DNA of 62,004 nt, filler included, from Hausera hauseri (Eukaryota): the NCBI GenBank assembly GCA_046269625.1. It is 11 parts of 11 records of this genome, joined end to end, with 100 filler letters (N's around TTAATTAATTAA, not from the genome) between each part and the next. Parts side by side here need not be neighbours in the genome. Positions count along the whole stretch, not along the records: positions 57,805 to 62,004 come from JBJURY010704882.1; 10 more parts are not named here. One strand, written 5' to 3'. This document shows, piece by piece, positions 58,930 through 62,004 of the stretch; position 1 is the stretch's first letter, and each line of letters starts with the position of its first letter. A program made the translations under genes and the position numbers. The notes under the pieces are model-generated. The model was not told where the DNA came from. It did not search any database and was given only the letters and a program-made list of their open reading frames with translations.

Positions 58930-59628
58930 TTAATATTTTAAACGAATCGTATGATAATTGTGGGGTTTTTGTTCTTGTACCGGTTGAGATTGTTGCTGTT
59001 TGGACCTCGACGGTCGACACTGATAAATTGATAATATTTCCGAACTGTTCAGCGTTTCGCTGTACACTTGGCTGCTGTCAATTCCACTGTCAAATTCATA
59101 GGTGTTGTTATTGTTAAAATGTTCCATGTGGTTGTTTAAATCTTTGGACAAATCAACACCAGATGTAGATGTCAAATAGGGCTGGGAAAAGAATCGCTGT
59201 CCACCGCTGATTGACATTTCTGGGTAATACGTTCGAAGAATTTGTGATGAATAAAATTCCGAACAAGTCTTACTGGAATCTTTAATCGTACTGTTGTCAT
59301 CGATGACGTCATGACAATCCTCGCAATACTGATCATGTTTCACGATCGTCGATGTTAGCGATAATGGAATGTTACAGCCGGCCAATCCGGTTGACCGAAA
59401 ACCGCTTTGTTGGTTTGTTAAATTAGTTTTCATCAAAGATTTATCGAAACTGGACCCTGAGTGCGAATTCGAGATCAATAACAATCGGCGTTTTTTCGAA
59501 CTAATATATTTATGGAAATAGATGAAAACGACAATCCATAAAATCGACGTGAGAAGAATGGACAGAATCACTATGATAATGATGATACTCAACCAGTGAT
59601 CGGATATCCATTTTGATCCGCCACTCAT
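58930..59628 (-). CDS. Probable host single-pass membrane protein, TM plus Ser-rich cytoplasmic tail (partial)
   Basis: WLSIIIIIVILSILLTSILWIVVFIYF followed by a basic stop-transfer segment (HKYISSKKRR). 232 codons open. Confidence 0.55.
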   Translation of the reverse strand: MSGGSKWISDHWLSIIIIIVILSILLTSILWIVVFIYFHKYISSKKRRLLLISNSHSGSSFDKSLMKTNLTNQQSGFRSTGLAGCNIPLSLTSTIVKHDQYCEDCHDVIDDNSTIKDSSKTCSEFYSSQILRTYYPEMSISGGQRFFSQPYLTSTSGVDLSKDLNNHMEHFNNNNTYEFDSGIDSSQVYSETLNSSEILSIYQCRPSRSKQQQSQPVQEQKPHNYHTIRLKY

Positions 59629-59749
59629 TGTATCCGATTTTGACGCAATACTGCTTTGATTTGGATCATACGGTTTTGTGATGTCAACGTTTCCCGAATG
59701 ATTTCTTTTTCTGCTGTTTGTTTCGCATACTTCTGTTCTAAAGTCAAAA

Positions 59750-60139
59750 TCAAATTATATTTTCGATTTCTGCATTTTTGAGCAACGCCTCGATTTCGAG
59801 CTCTTTCCTTTCTAATATCGTTTGCTCATCAACATCCTTTTCTTCTTTCATCAATTTATAAATATTTGGCGCTTCTTTAGGTGTGTTCCGGACAGAAGAA
59901 TTGCTCAGTCCACAGTTACTTTCATTTGCACTGCTACTAACTGACAAACAACGAATATTGATTACAGATTGGCCATTTGTGATCATTGGCGCGGGAACCA
60001 GTTTAATAGAAATCTGATTGAGTGGATTAGCATTAGCAATGCGAGAAACGACGTTTATCAACGAATTTAGCTGACTAAGGAGTTGGTTTTTAGATGAATC
60101 TTGACATTTGTTAGCGATGATAGAACTCGATATTATCAT
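59750..60139 (-). CDS. Hypothetical protein or exon, possibly the same gene as 58930-59628
   Basis: 129-codon ORF on the same strand, 120 bp upstream. No motif. Confidence 0.3.
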   Translation of the reverse strand: MIISSSIIANKCQDSSKNQLLSQLNSLINVVSRIANANPLNQISIKLVPAPMITNGQSVINIRCLSVSSSANESNCGLSNSSVRNTPKEAPNIYKLMKEEKDVDEQTILERKELEIEALLKNAEIENII

Positions 60140-60299
60140 AGCATTTTGTTGATAAATCGACTAATAAAACTGAGGAATTGGACCAGCTGAATGTACTGAA
60201 TGTTGAAGAGTATAAAAAATCATGCAAACGGGTATTATCTGCTACGATCGTCGGTGCTACATATGTTGCGAACGAACTGCTTCTGACCATCGACGAATT

Positions 60300-62004
60300 C
60301 TAATCGTATTCTAAATTGAGAATACCGATTAATTCTGCTAACAGTTCATCTCCTAATCTTTTGTCCAATCCGACGATAGGATTCTCAAGGCGGAGAGACG
60401 GACCCGAATACAGTTCCGACGCGGCGATAACGGACGCCCGGCCGTGCCCAACCAAAATGGGACAAAGGGCACCGGCCGCAGTAGACACCGCATCAGCCCC
60501 CCCCCGTGGCCAGGTTAAAAGTGTAAAAGAGCAAAGTAGACAGAAACAAAATTGCTCAACGGAAAAATGTGTGTATAAATTGGTCTTATTGTGAACAAGA
60601 CGTTGGGTGCCCTCTGCTAATTTTTCCCTGCTATACATGCTAAACGTGGCTTTGCATGTTTTGTCTGTATGTGATGTGTTTGCTTGCAGAGTTTGAAATT
60701 TGGAAAAGAAATTTTCAGATTTTGTTATGGTGTTGTGTCGTGAAAAGATAAGTCAGAAAGAAGGAAAGGAGAAAGTGAAGCAGGACGAGAGATTGTTGAA
60801 GACGGACGATTGAAGATGTTCAAGAGAATGCTAGAAGGCAAGTCATTGGCAAAAGACGTAGTGGCAAATGAAGAAGGATGGACGGAAATTGGAATAGGGA
60901 TTGGAATTGTATTAGGCAAAAGAGTAGAAGTAGAAAGTGGAACAGAGGTAGTGGTAGAGATAGGAACAGAGATAGGGGTAGAAGTGGAACGTGAAGAAAA
61001 TGATAAAGCAGAAGTAGGAGCAGAAGGAGGATGTGGAACAGGTATTGCAACAGATATAGGAACAGCAGGAAATGTGGAAGTGAAAAAAGGGGTCGACGTG
61101 TCGATTGGCGAAGTGTCGTCGACGAAAAAAGCAGGCTTTAAGTTGGTAATATGCACTGTGAGTTCTTTGCCATCTTTAGAAATAATAGCGTTATGCGAAC
61201 GTAGCTGTACCAGTTTATAGAATCCCAGATACCGCGGCTGAAAACCGCACGAACCTTCACAATACAAACGGACCACAAGCCCTTGCTTCAAATTCTTACA
61301 ATGAAATCGCATTCTCCACGTCAGGCGAGGCATATATCGTATTTGTCCACATTTAATTTTGAATTTAAGCACTTAAACGGAGTCGACAATTTAGTAGCTG
61401 ACTTTTTGTTGGTGTGGCTTTTGACACCTCCAAACCTAATAATCCTAAAATCAACCTTTTCGAATAGTTTGAAAAAAAGCATTATTAGAAGAAGCCACCA
61501 TTATATCATTTTCCCTGCACATTTCGTTTTGAATCTGTTCACATTGACGTAGTAGGCCCACTACCTATGGGCAACGGCCATCAGTTCATCCACACTATGA
61601 TGAACAGTGCCTCGCAATGGCCAGAGGCTGTCCCGCTTCGGAGCATAACACAGAAACAATCGAAGACGTTTTCATCCGCACGTGGATCAGCAGGTTTGGA
61701 TCACCTCACCACATCACCTCGGACCAAGGATCATAGTTTGAATCCAACCTGTTTAAGGCTCTTGTCAATCGACTGGGAATTAACCATACACACATGTCAC
61801 CCTATCATCTTCAATCGAATGGCCTTCTCAAACGCTTTCACCGAACGATGAAAACGTCTTTTAAAATCCTTGCTGAGTCCAATCGCAGTTGGACCACACT
61901 CCTTCTGTACGTTCAGCTTGGCTGGCAGAATACACCATCTAATTCTACAGGATGTTCACCTGCAGAAGCATTATTTGGTATTTCTATCAGACCATTATTA
62001 GAGC
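60300..62004. mobile_element. Rearranged CsRn1-like Gypsy fragment
   Basis: Integrase tail, PPT and LTR start on the minus strand (about 61260 down to 60400). RNase H end and integrase on the plus strand (about 61262-62004). Both parts are similar to 11630-13900. Confidence 0.88.

Noticed and set aside
61010-61040. PSAP in the 60725-61372 ORF as a late domain
   Set aside because: It sits in a Pro/Ser/Thr low-complexity tract where it is expected by chance, and it is not seen in the homologous tails.

Overview
This window is not one locus. It is 11 contigs joined by ten artificial 100-bp linkers (N44-TTAATTAATTAA-N44), so adjacency across linkers means nothing. The content is AT-rich eukaryotic DNA, probably from an invertebrate animal, and is dominated by decayed mobile elements. 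These are Polinton/Maverick pieces (protein-primed PolB, packaging ATPase), several CsRn1-like Ty3/Gypsy elements, LINE fragments, a Tc1/mariner element and a probable hAT-like remnant. There are also eroded host-gene fragments resembling talin and CKAP5/XMAP215. The main discovery is a family of large, complex-retrovirus-like Ty3/Gypsy elements seen in four diverged partial copies: A 38963-43359 (+), B 43360-52397 (-), C 52498-57704 (+) and D 20405-24556 (-). Combining the copies gives this inferred layout: LTR, PBS, gag, then a chuvirus-like fusion glycoprotein lying UPSTREAM of and in frame with protease, then a linker with PTAP and LYPx3L motifs, then PR-RT-RH-IN. After integrase comes an in-frame signal-like segment and a second, Cys-domain/FN3 type I membrane protein. 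That is followed by a conserved double RNA hairpin with splice-like signals, an accessory ORF with a DEDDh (REX4/ISG20-like) pseudo-exonuclease and a C3HC4 RING, a conserved hairpin, the PPT and the LTR. No single copy shows the whole layout. All family assignments come from recognising motifs by eye, with no database searches.
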